A DNA stretch of 60,639 nucleotides, filler included, from Basidioascus undulatus (Eukaryota), in assembly GCA_000826855.1 (NCBI GenBank). It is 4 parts of 4 records of this genome, joined end to end, with 100 filler letters (N's around TTAATTAATTAA, not from the genome) between each part and the next. Parts side by side here need not be neighbours in the genome. Positions count along the whole stretch, not along the records: positions 1 to 30,018 come from JTLS01000118.1; 3 more parts are not named here. One strand, given 5' to 3'. A model generated the notes under the pieces. The model was not told where the DNA came from, ran no database searches, and saw nothing but the letters and a program-made list of their open reading frames with translations. Position 1 is the first letter of the stretch, and each line of letters begins with the position of its first letter. This document shows, in pieces, positions 1 to 14,274 of the stretch. A program made the position numbers and the translations under genes.

Positions 1-35
1 GCACCCCCCTCCGTCCCCGCCGCCGACGCACGACC

Positions 36-1614
36 ATGTCCCGACCGTCCTCCCCACCGCCAGCGGCCACGTACGCCGCCGACGACAAGCGAGGAGACTA
101 CCGCGTCGTTCTCGAGGACAAGATCGACCGCGACGGCGACCTCAAAGTCAAGACTGGCCCGGAGCCCGGATGGCAGAACAACCCTCGTGCGTGCCCTTCC
201 TCGAGAGAATCGGGTGTGTGCGTGATGGGACTCATGGTCATCCTTCCCATCAGTCCTCCCCGTCGCTGCATACTGCATAGCGTCCATCGCGATGACGGTC
301 GTCAACAGTGCGTCTTTCCATCTCCCCCCATCTCCCCCCCATCTCACCTCTTGCTTCACTTGCGCTGAACTGCTCTCCTTGCACAGAATACGTCGTCTCC
401 GGCCGGCAGTTCAACATGAACTTCCTGCTGCTCACGATCCAGTCCACCGTCTGCGTCGGTGTCGTCCTGGGTCTCAAGCGCGCAGGCGTCATCACCTTCC
501 GCGACTTCAACAAGGAAGACGCGAAGCGGTGGTTCCCCATCTCCTTCCTCCTCGTCGTTGTCATCTACACCGGTTCCAAATCCCTCGTGGGTCCCCTCCT
601 CCCTCGCAAGATCCAAACCGATTGCTGAGGCGTCTTGGGGCCTTATAGCAATACCTCTCCATCCCCGTCTACACGATCTTCAAGAACCTGACGATCATCC
701 TGATCGCGTACGGCGAGGTGCTGTGGTTCGGCGGGCGCGTGACGGGGCTCACGCTCTTCTCCTTCGGGCTCATGGTCCTCTCCTCCATCATCGCCGCCTG
801 GTCCGACATCTCGTCCTACGTCTCCCCGTCCCCGGCAGTCGCGATCGCAGCGCCGACGACGCTCAACTCGGGGTACTGGTGGATGCTCCTCAACTGCGCG
901 GCGTCGGCCGCGTACGTGCTCGCGATGCGCAAGCGCATCAAGGTCACGGGCTTCAAGGACTGGGACTCGATGGCGTACAACAACGCGCTGTCTATCCCCG
1001 TCCTCGTCATCGCGAGCGTGCTCGTCGAGGACTGGTCCGCCGCGAGCTTGACCCGCAACTTCCCCCCCGAGACCCGCAACTTGCTCCTCTTCACGATGGC
1101 GATCTCTGGCGCTGCTGCGGTAAGTCTTCTGTTGCTACTTTCCGCTGGACGTGAGAGGAAGCGAGGAGATGGAGGGCAATGCTGATGTGCGGGCACGCGC
1201 GGGCAGGTCGGTATCTCGTACACCACCGCGTGGTGCGTGCGCACGACGAGCTCGACGACGTACTCCATGGTCGGCGCGCTTAACAAGCTGCCCGTCGCCG
1301 CTTCCGGTCTGATCTTCTTGTGCGTTTTGTCCCTCCCTCCCGGCCCGCACCTTCCCCTCCCCTCCACACTCTTCCATGTCCACCCTATCCTCGCCCTTCC
1401 CACCCCCACCACGAAGCCAGACTCCTAACCTTTCCCCAATCCACCCTCCAGCGGCGACCCCGTCACGCTCGGCTCCGTCTCCGCCATTGCCGTCGGCTTC
1501 TTCGCCGGGCTCGTCTTCGCCGTCGCGAAGAACAACCAGTCGAAGCAGGAGATGGCTGCGAAGGCCGCCAGCGGGCCGGGAATCATTCCCTTGCACACCA
1601 CCTCCAAGCCTTAG
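36..1614 (+). CDS. GMT1: GDP-mannose transporter (VRG4/GMT1 family), multi-exon
   Basis: Spliced translation gives [23 protein letters not shown]...[23 protein letters not shown]...[22 protein letters not shown] is the GDP-mannose transporter signature. ATG 36, TAG 1612-1614. Confidence 0.95.
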
Positions 1615-2259
1615 ATTGGGACCGCGGAGCCGCACCCACCCACACGTGGGCTTTCCGCTGTCCCTTTTCTGTTTTTACTCCTCCATTCGGCTTCAAGGCT
1701 TCGCTCTGTTATTCTATTATATCACACCTCCCGCCTACACCCTGCACGCTTCATTGTTCTGCATCCATATACACACCCCTTGGGCCCAGTACTCTTCTCA
1801 ATGTCCGCGTCCCGTCCTGGCATCTTCTTGCTCTTTCCTTGCAACGCTTTTTCTTAATATAAACGTACATACGCACCTCCTGATACTGCTCTGCTCGGTG
1901 CGCGGGACTGCTTCGTGGTGCGCTCGCCCTTTGGAGTGTGTCCGGCAGCCGCGAGCTACGGTAGGTCGCGGTCGACGGTGCTTCAGACGTATGACTGGTT
2001 CATCAAGAGAAAACCGTGATGAGGGGGTAGATTGAGTGAGCTCGAAGACTCTTGCATGTGTACGTACGCGTGCAAAAGAAAAAATGGAAACACGCGACGC
2101 ATGCACCCCGCGTGCACTTTGGAAATGAAGACGCGTCTTCCCCCGGCCTCCGTTCTCCATTCTCTTTCTCTCTCTCTCCCATATCAGCCCAAGTAGTGCC
2201 ATACCACCTAGTACCATCCCCGTCTTCGCAGCCGCATATTTCAGCCACAGGCTCACCAC

Positions 2260-3195
2260 ATGTCCACAACCACCACCACAACGACAACGAGTGTGCAGCC
2301 GGCTGCCTCGCACGACGCACGCGTGCCGCCAGGCGTCCGTCACCCGCCCTTCGCCATCCAATCCTGCACGTCCTCCCCGCCTCCACACGACACGTGGATC
2401 CCCATCGAGCGCAAGAAGCGGTACACGCTGGCGTTCCTCGTCCAGGGCGACAAGGTACGCCCGCGCCGATTTGGGCACGATTGACAACAGCAGCTCATCG
2501 AGGTGGGGAGACGTCTGCAGGTCCTCATGGGCCGAAAGAAGCGCGGGTTCGCGGTGGGTATGTGGAATGGGTTTGGGGGGAAGATTGAAAAACGCGAGGA
2601 AGACTTACACGCTGCTAGGCGGGAGTTCGAGGTGCGCCTTCCTTGCCTTCTCGCATTCACGCTCCGTTGCCTTGGCTGCCTGCGCTGCGAACTGGACGCT
2701 GAAGGCAATGAGTGGACGTACGGATTTTTAGGAGGAAGCAGGCGTTGTGGTCACCGACTTGAAGCACATCGGGACCTTGGTCTGCGCTTTCGAGACTGAT
2801 GACGCGCCCGAGATCGAGTTTTTCATCGGCCACAACTACACCGGCGAGATCCAAGAGTGAGTTCTGCCTACCATCTGCATGAAAACGTCCTCTCCGGGTC
2901 CCTAAGCCATCCCAGCCTCGTTTCTCGCCTCGCTCATCCGCATCTCCCCCTGCGGCGTGCAGAACGGACGAAATGGCCCCCGCCTGGTTTGCTCTGCCAG
3001 GGCATGAGGAAGCGATGGGGCTCCCGCGCATACCCGTGGACGACCACGCCCTCATGCATGAGGAGGCGAAGCTCTGGATGCCTCTTGTCCTTCGCCTCGC
3101 CACGGCCGCAGCGCAGATGGGTCGGCAGGGTCGACTACGAGGGGACTGACGCGAGGAAGAGTACGATGGGAAGGTGGTGGTTTGGCGTTGAATGA
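2260..3195 (+). CDS. Nudix hydrolase, NUDT1/MTH1-like (oxidised purine nucleotide sanitiser); apparent frame break near 3' end
   Basis: YTLAFLVQGDK/VLMGRKKRGFAVGMWNGFGGKIEKREEDLHAARREFE/EEAG (Nudix box split by an intron)...TDEMAPAWF. The frame stops at 3147-3149, but a protein-like tail ends at 3195 in another frame. Confidence 0.85.
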
Positions 3196-4070
3196 ATTGG
3201 GTTGATTGAGCTTGAGGAACCAGGACTGTTATTTGTCCGGTGTACCATACTCTGCAAGTAAGGGCTAGCGGCCTGGCTGCAATGTTACCCATTTTTTGCG
3301 GTCGATTCACGCCATGTCATGGGTGATTTCTCCTATCGATTGATTTCTCTGCTATCTTTACCCCAAAGACTGTGTTGAGGAGCTTGTCAATGACAGTAAG
3401 GATTTGGGCCACCCTCGGCCTCGCAACTTACTCGCCGGCTTGCAATCCGTCCATGGCCAGGCGCGAAGACTGCACGCCCTACGCTGCAGAGGGCGCACGC
3501 ACTTTTTATGATATAATTACCCTTTTATACCAAAATCTGACACGTCTCCTGTATTTACGTTAGTGCCGTCCCACGTCCCCTTGGCGTTGATAGATGAGCA
3601 TCAATCTGCATGATTCCCACACCACTACACCGCTGTCGGTCGCTGCGCCATGACTATGTGGATCCCTCGCTGAACAGAGTGATTTTGCAGTGCCTACCGG
3701 AGGTTGGCATTTTTGATGAAGCTTTGAACGCAAAGGATCCGTGGCAAGCGAAGCTAGGCTGCGTCGTCACTTCTACTGCGAGGCCAGCTCAGCCCACATC
3801 GAAACTACCCCGGAGCAGGGATCGCGGGACATGGATGCCAGTATATAAGCGTGCAACGGCGGAGATGGGACGCCGAGACGAAGAGGTTCGGAGTGATCAC
3901 GATGTCCAGCATCAGTATGCGCGCCCATCAGGCCAGTCAATCGAACGCAACGCCGAAGCACAAGCATCCGTTCCAGCCGCGGCTGACGAAGTGACGCTTG
4001 CGGAGATCGGACAGGACGGCATGACAAGATCGAAAGGCGACAAAACATGTCCTGCACGTAAAAGGTGCGT

Positions 4071-4962
4071 CTATGACGACTTGTTCTTCTGGTACACCTC
4101 GTCGTTCAGCCCCGCGCGATTCCGCGCAATCTCGATGGCGTAGAACTGGAGCCGGGATCGTTAATGGGTTAGCGGCTCGATTCAATGTGTCACAAGGATC
4201 GGCTGGGCAGCGTACCTGCATGCGGGTAGCTAGCGGATGTGAAGGGGCTCTGACATCAGCATCGTTCGCGTTACCTTGACAAAGAGCAGACTCTCACAGA
4301 AAATGGTGTTGTCCTGCTCGTACTCGCCCCGGGCGTCTGTCCGCAGCAAGGTGCCGAAGTTGTAGTCGTCCACCTTCTTCTCCCACCTGCGACGAGATCC
4401 GCGTATTTCTCGTTCAGTCAAACCCATTCTATTAAACCTGAACACGGTTACTCACAGGTTGATCCAGTTCCGCCACTTCTCCTTGCCCTCCTTGGACTTC
4501 ATCTGGTCCTCATTGAGCGTGCGGAGCGCGTCGCCCTTCAGCTCGGGGAACGTCGCCGTGAAGGACGCGTGGATCTCGTCGTCGAGCCTGAAGGTTTGCG
4601 AATCTTACGTTAGCAGACAAGTATAGGGAATGCGTGCATAAGAAGACGTGCTTCGTGAGCTTGAGGGCAGACGGCGGGACCTTGGTCAGGATGTTCCAAT
4701 ACGTCTGCGGACCACAGCGTCAGCACACTAAACCCGCCTGACGCTGAAGGTTGCAGTGCAATCACCTCGGCCTGCTCCACAGCCTTGACCGCAAACTGCT
4801 TCTCAATCTATATCCCAGTAGACCATCCCATGAGTACCTGGAGGGAACGCCCGTATGCGAGGAGGTTCAAGGTGCCGCCCCGAGGCAGCTGGAGAGACGC
4901 ACGTCCTCGAGGTTCTCGGCCGTCTCGGCACTGAAGTTCGACGGAACCGCCTGGGTGGTCAT
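4071..4962 (-). CDS. PBDC1: PBDC1/YPL225W family protein (polysaccharide biosynthesis domain; eEF1A chaperone family)
   Basis: Spliced: FSAETAENLED/IEKQFAVKAVEQAE/TYWNILTK...MKSKEGKEKWRNWIN...DYNFGTLLRTDARGEYEQDNTIF...FYAIEIARNRAGLND; stop TAG 4073-4071. Confidence 0.92.
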
Positions 4963-5316
4963 GTTGGAATATAGAGATAATTGGGCGAGGCGGTGAAGGA
5001 GTGGAAATGACGAAGAAGACGCGACGCCGCACTTTGAACTTTGGCTTATCGGTCTCCCTCCGCAGGCTATGAATTCCCTTGACCGAAGCCTTCAAGGCGG
5101 AAAGAGCCCGCCCTCGCTTGCCTTCCTTCTCCAAGCCTCAATCCGCTAACAAGTAAGTGTTTTAGGCATCATAAATGGCATGGTCGCTCAAGAAATTGCT
5201 GCGACCTCTCCCGCGACGCAGCGGTGTCGGATCGCCCAGTCTCACCCTTTCGATCGATTCGAACCGGTACCTCCATAAAGCGCTCGTTGTCCCTCACAGC
5301 ATCGGCTGCATCTGCC

Positions 5317-7143
5317 ATGCCTCGATCAACCGCTCATCTGCGAAATGCTTTCAATGCCTTTACTCATCGGCCGCCCGTGCCCATCCCGACTCTCGCGGCG
5401 ATATCGTCTTCCTCATCGCTACACGGCATCACCGTCGCGGTGAAGGACATGTTCTGGACACGCGCAATGCCAACTACGGCTGCTTCACGGATGCTTGAAG
5501 GTTAGAATATACATCTCATATAGTGAAGTCTGTATTGCTAAGATGGCGGAGATGCAGGTCTGGAGTTCGACGAGGACGCGACGGCTGTGCGCCTTCTGCG
5601 GGAGGCCGGCGCCGAGCTGGTCGGGAAGACGAACTGTGATGAGTTCGGCATGGGGTACGTCGGCGCATGGGCACTTTCGTCTCATGAAATAATGCTAATT
5701 AACTTCGGCGTAGGTCAGCGAACTTGCACTCGGCGTACGGGCCTGTTCTCAACCCGTCGCCCTCGCCTGACGCAGAACCGCGTCTCGCGGGCGGATCTTC
5801 AGGCGGCTCCGCAGCAGCCGTAGCGACTCGAGAATGTTTCGCGTAAGCATCCGAAGTCTTTAAAAAATTGCTGAGCTAACACTCTTGTGTGTTCACAGGG
5901 CTCTGGCAACCGACACGGGAGGGTCCATCCGCCTCCCCGCCTCCCATTGCGGCGTCGTGGGCCTGAAGCCATCGTACGGCCTGGTCTCGCGCCATGGCGT
6001 AGTTTCGTATGCCGAAAGCCTCGACTGCGTCGGTGTGATGGCGAGAAGCGTTGATGGGGTGAGGAAGGTGTTCAGTGCGTCTTCTTCTGCCCTTACACAC
6101 GCTGCCCTCGTTTCCTCACGAGCTGACATTGGTTTCCAACCAACAGACGCCGTCAACCAGCATGACCCGCGCGATCCAACCTCCGCCTCCTCCGTCGCTC
6201 GCTCACGCGCCCGCTCGTCTCTCCCGTCCGACCGTCGGTCGCTGCGCATCGGTATCCCGCAAGTACGTCCCAGGGCGACAGGTTGGCAGAACATGTTTCT
6301 GATCATTGCTTGCAGGAGTACTTCCCAACCTCGCCCTCACCTTCTTTCCGACGCCTACTTCGCCTCCTCAAGTCCCAGCATGCGGGCAAGGTCACCCTCG
6401 TCCCCGTCTCCCTGCCACGGACCCCGCTCGCTCTCAGCGCCTACTACGTCCTCGCTAGCGCGGAAGCAGCCAGCGGCCTGGCCAGGTACGACGGCGTGCA
6501 GTTCGGTACGTCGTAAAGCTGCCTGATATTCTGCGAGTATCACTAACGTAGCCGCATTGCTTCAGGCCAGCGGAGTCCGGAGGGGACCTACGCTGCCACC
6601 CGGACGGAGGCGTTCGGCGATGAGGTCAAGCGCCGCATTCTCCTGGGCACTTACGCTCTGACAGCGGGGTAAGCACCTATTGACCACCATCTTACCCTCA
6701 ACATCTGTTTCTGACAACTGCTGGACCATGATAGTGCCTTCGACAATTACTACCTCCAAGCGCAACGCGTGCGCTCCCTCATCCGGCGGGACTTCAATCG
6801 CGTTTTCTCGGCTCAGCACGCTCTCCTCTCTTCTTCCCCCGTCCCGCCTCAGGCCGAAGCGGTCGACGTCCTTCTGCACCCGACCGCCGTCCGCCCGCCG
6901 CCGCTCCTGTACCCGTCTGCCGAGGACGAGGCGGCCCATGACCCCGAAGAGAACTATCTGCAGGACGTGCTCACGACGCCTGCGAGCCTCGCGGGGCTGC
7001 CGGCCATGAGCGTGCCCGCTGGGCGCGGGGAGGAGGGCTGGCCGGCCGGCGTCAGCGTCGTTGGTCAGTGGGGCCAGGAGGAGACGGTCTTCGACGTGGC
7101 GGAGATCGTGGAGGAGGTCGTGAGGGGCGAGGGCTGGCTGTGA
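5317..7143 (+). CDS. HER2: Glutamyl-tRNA(Gln) amidotransferase subunit A (GatA/HER2/QRSL1), amidase signature family
   Basis: [110 protein letters not shown]. Start codon uncertain. Confidence 0.92.
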
Positions 7144-7605
7144 GCTCAGTCGACATACGGTGCCGCTTGCGGTGATGCAGAGTTTGATCATTTGCCCTCC
7201 TTTGTCTCTCGCGTGGTACCTAGAGCATGCGCCTGCTCAATTCCGAGCCAGCCTGATCGTTCTTTCCATCGAATACGAGCACACACCTTCCAACCCTCGG
7301 GGTGTCAGGGCTCAAAGTCGGTTGTCAAGACATCGTGTGTGCGGGCAAAGACACGCCTGTCGCATTCGACCGCCTCGGATAGTTTGCTACGGCTATTCCT
7401 TAGATGTTACTTTGGATGAGGAAAATTCCATCAAGCATTGCGACTCAACCTCAATCGAGCTTGCAGGTACGTCAGCCAGCCGAAGCAGCACAGATTCTCT
7501 CGCTCCCAAAACCCACCCTTCACGACTGCTCATGATATTTTAAGATTCCGGAATACACATTCCGTATTAAGGCGAACTCTCCTCTTTCAGGCGTTTCATA
7601 AATCG

Positions 7606-8101
7606 TTATCGCCGCTGCGTGCCCAGCGCAGCACCCACAGTGCCTTGCCCGCCGATGCCCCCCTCAGCCATGTCGAGAGCCGGGCCACCTGTCGCCTTCC
7701 TCTTCTTCCTTCCAGAATCGCTCTCAGACTCTGCCGGACTTGGGCTTGAGCCGACCGGGCTGGACGAGCTGCCACTCGGGGCGGGCGAGCTCAGCTCTTC
7801 GCCGCCATCTTCGCCCGCGCCGCCGTACTCCCAAGTGCTGGGGTGCGAGGGGGTTCCCGGTTCATCCTGAGGGTAGTTGGGGTATATACTCAGGCTATAT
7901 GCTTAAATTGGGATCGGATCCAGGGGAAAAAGAGCGCACCTGTTCATGGCAAGTCCCATCCGGAGCGCAAGGCGGGTCCGGAGGCCTGGGGGGCGCCTCC
8001 CTCGCCTCGCGCGACTCCTCCTGGCGGGCATGGACCGCCGACCGCTTCGACTTGGAGTGGTGTGAAAAAGGTACAGCAAGACACCTTTTCAGTGCGTCCA
8101 T
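7606..8101 (-). CDS. Hypothetical two-exon low-complexity protein (~140 aa)
   Basis: ATG 8101, GTGCGC...CAG intron joining in frame to a Ser/Gly/Glu-rich exon with RKKRK; stop TAA 7608-7606. No family recognised. Confidence 0.35.
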
Positions 8102-8867
8102 GGGTATGGGCGAACAATGTCGAACAGGCAAGAGGTGTCGGGGGTTCCGACGATGTCAGTGATGACGGCCGACGGCAAGGTTCGCTGAGGGGAATAGGAT
8201 GCTGAAACCATTCCCGGTGGCCTTCTCTTGCTGCTTGCACAGAAACTCAAAGTCCTACATGCCATGAGTTTTGCCATGAGTTTCAGAACCATTGAGTGCG
8301 TATGCTCTCGGGATTGCTTTGTGATAGACGGTATTCCTGCGAGCTTATGCTGAGTTTGGAGGTCATTTTGGTCACGTTGCATATCACGATGGCTCGCATG
8401 GGGACACTCATTGTATGAAACAGAACGATACGGTAAATTCGGTACCTGCGCGAATAACAGACTTCGAAGCATAGAGCGACTCGGAGGCACAGCGACCGTC
8501 AGGACGTCAGTGTGCGTCGTCTGCTTGAGGAGACAGTTAAAAACAACCTTTAGTCTGCCATTCCCACTTGAGACATCTAAAGATGAAGTTTTTCTATCTT
8601 TTGTCCTCGTCGTGCGTGGTTGTTGTACGGAAAGCCCTTGGCAGTCTGCTGCGAGCTCGACCCAGCCGGCCCAGGTGCCGGCACCACCGCAGAAAACTTG
8701 AATGCTGCTAGCCAGTTCTGCGAATCCAACGAGTGGGAGATTCTGCATGATATGTAGCATCTACGATGCTGAAAGATTGGTATGAGAAGGCTTGCCTATG
8801 TTGCTGTGATGCCTCGCCGAAAGGTGCGTGTTCTTTTGTCTTCTCTTCTCTTTCCTCGCGACATGAT

Positions 8868-9291
8868 CTTATCGCCCCTCACCTTATCGCGGCCCGGCCC
8901 GGCCCGGCAAATGCTCTCCGTCGCTTACCCGTTTCAAGGGATTCCATTCACCGCGGCGACCGGCACATTGGACACGCGACAAGCTTCGGGAAATTCGGAT
9001 CCGAAGCCATCTGCACCCGCGCTTCTTTCTTTCTGCCGTGGACCTCCGACACCGGCGCGTTCTTGCCTTGTTCGAGTGCTTGCCTCGATCCTATAGGAGA
9101 ATACAATAATGCAACGAGGTGTAGCACAATTGCAATGATTTCAATCAGATGATGGTCGAAGCTAGCCTGGACGAGCGCCTCAAGCTTGTTTCACTGCCGC
9201 AGTCGATGCTGGCCAGCGAATGGGGGTTCTTTGGCAATCCTCCGCCCGCGACAGAAAGCACGCTGCGATTGGCGGAAAGACGCTTCTTATC
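8868..9291 (-). promoter_or_regulatory. Three GATAAG (HGATAR) motifs upstream of GDH; candidate nitrogen-responsive GATA factor sites
   Basis: CTTATC on the + strand at 8868, 8883 and 9286, within 600 nt of the GDH ATG. Confidence 0.3.
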
Positions 9292-9445
9292 TCTGCACTC
9301 AAAGACCTCAAATAGTTTCACACAAGTCCGGGGTTTTTACGTACAAGCGAGTGCTCTTCCCCTTCGCCTGCCAGTCTTTTGATCTCATACCACCATCTTC
9401 TCGGTCTTCTCGCTTCACTCCTACCACCCCCACAAAAAAGACACA

Positions 9446-11424
<1,979 letters not shown>

Positions 11425-12004
11425 ACGTTATCGGTGCAGGCGTAGAGGGCGTACTTTTTTCGTGGTGACCTGAGAGGAACATTTGGCGAGGGCGTTTTGG
11501 GGCCCTCGCCGGGGAGGTCTTTGTGCTTGCATTTGTACGACACTTGACGTATTAGACGTTTTTGTATTTCAAACTTTATCCAGTGTTTTGTGTGTGCTTG
11601 TACCCTCTCGAAAGTTGAGCGTAGTTGGCGAAAGGGCAGCGTTCCGCGCCTGCGCCGGCAACACCGTGCGCAGCCGGCCTTTGCGCTCTCATTCCGACCT
11701 CCATATCTGGCTGTCGCCACGCTGCTTGCTCACTCTATACCTATGTTGTTTGGCCCGAAGCGCACTTTCGATATTGCTTATTTTCGTTTCAGCGCTCACA
11801 GAGCGTTCGATCAGTCCTTCACGCATCCGCTGTGCGCCCAGCACGTCGTAAACGTACTCTTCGATTCTCATCGACGCCCATGGGCGGCCATGCCTTCCCG
11901 ACACTCGCTCGACGGCTGACCCCTTCGGCGCTCAAAGCCCTCACATCGCACGCTCTGGAGACCCTCGCATGTCTCAACCACCCACTCGCAGTACGCGCAG
12001 TTGA

Positions 12005-12631
12005 ACGCTGCAAATCGACTCATGGCGACGCCGACGTCCTGCTGGAATACCCTGCTGCATTCGGCGCAGAAGGCATGTGGGCGCTTTCGCGTCTGGCTCG
12101 TTCGAAGGCCTCCAACGAGTCGAGCATCTGTATGCTGAGATTTCTAGGCGGGCCGGCGCACAGGCTTGGAGGGCGCAGGGCCCGATCGGGAACTTCGCGG
12201 TTCCGGTGGCAGTGATCGAAAACGGGGACGAGGAGCAGGAGAGCAGTGCGACCGACGCCACCGATTTCTACCAACTCGATATCATCCTCTGCGCTCCTTC
12301 CCTCAAAGCTGCGCTCTTCTTCCATACCCCGCCCACCGGGATCGTTCTTGGCTCAGCGATTCGCATCCTCCATCCGCACCTCCGCCTCGGCCCAAACGGG
12401 CTGTACCTCCAGACGCCCGCCGTGCCTTCCTCATCGTCGGGTTCCCTCCCTGCACTCGCCGTTGGCCTGTCCAGCGACCCAGACGAGATTGACCACTGCC
12501 ATGCCCTTTTCAATAGACAGCATGGCGCATTGTGCACCGGTCCAGAAGGCACCGATGCCTGCCGTTGTGCGGGCCCACATTACGACCTGATAAGAACACT
12601 CTGTAAAGGCCAGCAGAAGCCCACGAAGTGA
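12005..12631 (+). pseudogene. Possible divergent Mcm10-like (OB-fold + Cys/His finger) coding remnant
   Basis: Open frame of ~208 codons without an ATG. Motif order GIPCCIRRRRH / HLYAEI / GNFAVPVAVIE / GSAIRILHPHL / VGLSSD..DHCHA..C..C..H loosely parallels the Mcm10 internal domain. Confidence 0.3.
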
Positions 12632-14274
12632 AAGCAGACCTGCGCACCTGTCCGCACTGCAAGAGGAGAAGTATAGACGACACGATGCGACTGCCCCTCC
12701 AGAGGGCGAGCGCTCTGCAGACAAGTCATACATCGTCAGCAGCTGCACTGCCGAAGCTCCAGTGAGGGGTTCAGCGAACGTGAGCATGAAGATTCCGCTC
12801 GAGAAGACGGTGCAGAGTAAAGCCGTGACTTGCACATATTTGAGGACGGCTGTGGATGGTAGTAATGAGTACACAGATCAACAACCCAAAATCTCCGCAG
12901 CTCGCACGCACCATCGCAGTTGATTTCCTTCTACTCGTACAGAAGGGGCCGGTTAGCGCTGATCGGGTGCCTCCTAGCTATGTCTCTCATACTACTCACC
13001 GAGGTCTTGAACATGGCTACCCACAACATACCTCAGACACCTTCCGGACCACGAGGCTACAGGAAACAGCTTACCAATGTCAAGTGCCCCTGCCGTCAGA
13101 GACCTGAGAAGAGGTGACCGTTAACATGGCACTCCAGTAGTTAAATATTCAAGACAGTAGGAAGGTACGCAGCTCGACCCAAGAAGCAAAGCACCATGGG
13201 TCACTTGGAAGGTCATCTGCCTCGTGAGCAGCGGCCACTCGTACCGTGGGAATGTGACTATGCACTCCCAAACGAAGGCCCCCTTGTTTAATTCAAGCAT
13301 ATGAGACGTCCATAAAGGGCAGACAGTGAATCGCAAGACTCACGTAGCATGCCAGTGCCAGGCCATAGAGGATGTCTGAAGGCTCGCTCCCCACGCGTCG
13401 ACGTCAGCTCTGCATGGAAACTTGACAATACCAGGACACAATACCTCCACCATGAACCAACTCCTCTGGGGTGGACAGTCGACCATCTGGCAGCTCCTTG
13501 GCGAAAGCTTACAGAGGTGGTACGGCAATGTGCGGAAGAGAACAGGCAACGGAACCTCGCTCTCAAGAGAGAGTGTGGCAGATCAGGCAATATCAAGCTG
13601 CATATATTCTGGGATATTCTTGAGAATTTGAGTGAATGCGGAAACGACGGATGGCGTCTCTGAAGGTGCGCAGCCGCGGGACCGTGATGTATGGCGCTGC
13701 CAGCGGACGTGCTTCTCGGACGGCGTGTAATTCCTGCCCGTGGATCGGTGATCCTTATCATAGGCTGCAGATATGTACATTTGGGGACAGATGTCCGCAT
13801 GCTGTTGTACCGCCAAAATGAATCTCCGCAGAAAAGGCCTTCCTTCGCCTCCGCGGAGGCCTTGCCCAGCTGCTGGCAAAGGAACTGACGTGAGAACCAC
13901 GAGGACGCGGGCCGTGGTCCGTCAGATACCAACAGGTACCGACAGAAAGCATCCTGCAATGTAGCGGCCCTCCTCGACATCAGGGTACGCATCTGCGGAT
14001 TGTTGTACAAACTTGGTACAAAGGTTCGTAGGAGTACGAGGTTGCTCCGCTGTTCCTTGCTCCCTTTCTCATGAGTGCCCGGTACCTGTTCTTCTTCCGC
14101 AACAATATTGAAAGGTCCTATGCCATTCACCCCAGGCCTTTCCCATACTTTTGATCTCGGCCTATGCGCTCCATTCCGAACCCTTCCCGCTCTGGCAGTG
14201 AACCTTTCTAACTTGACCTTCATCTGCTGATCTCGACTTCGCTCCCACATTCCGAACTGACCTCAACATCGATC

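Noticed and set aside
12632..14250. Intact gene(s), including the 320-aa minus-strand ORF 13288-14250
   Set aside because: No codon bias or family motif; plus-strand fragments look like unassignable decayed coding DNA.
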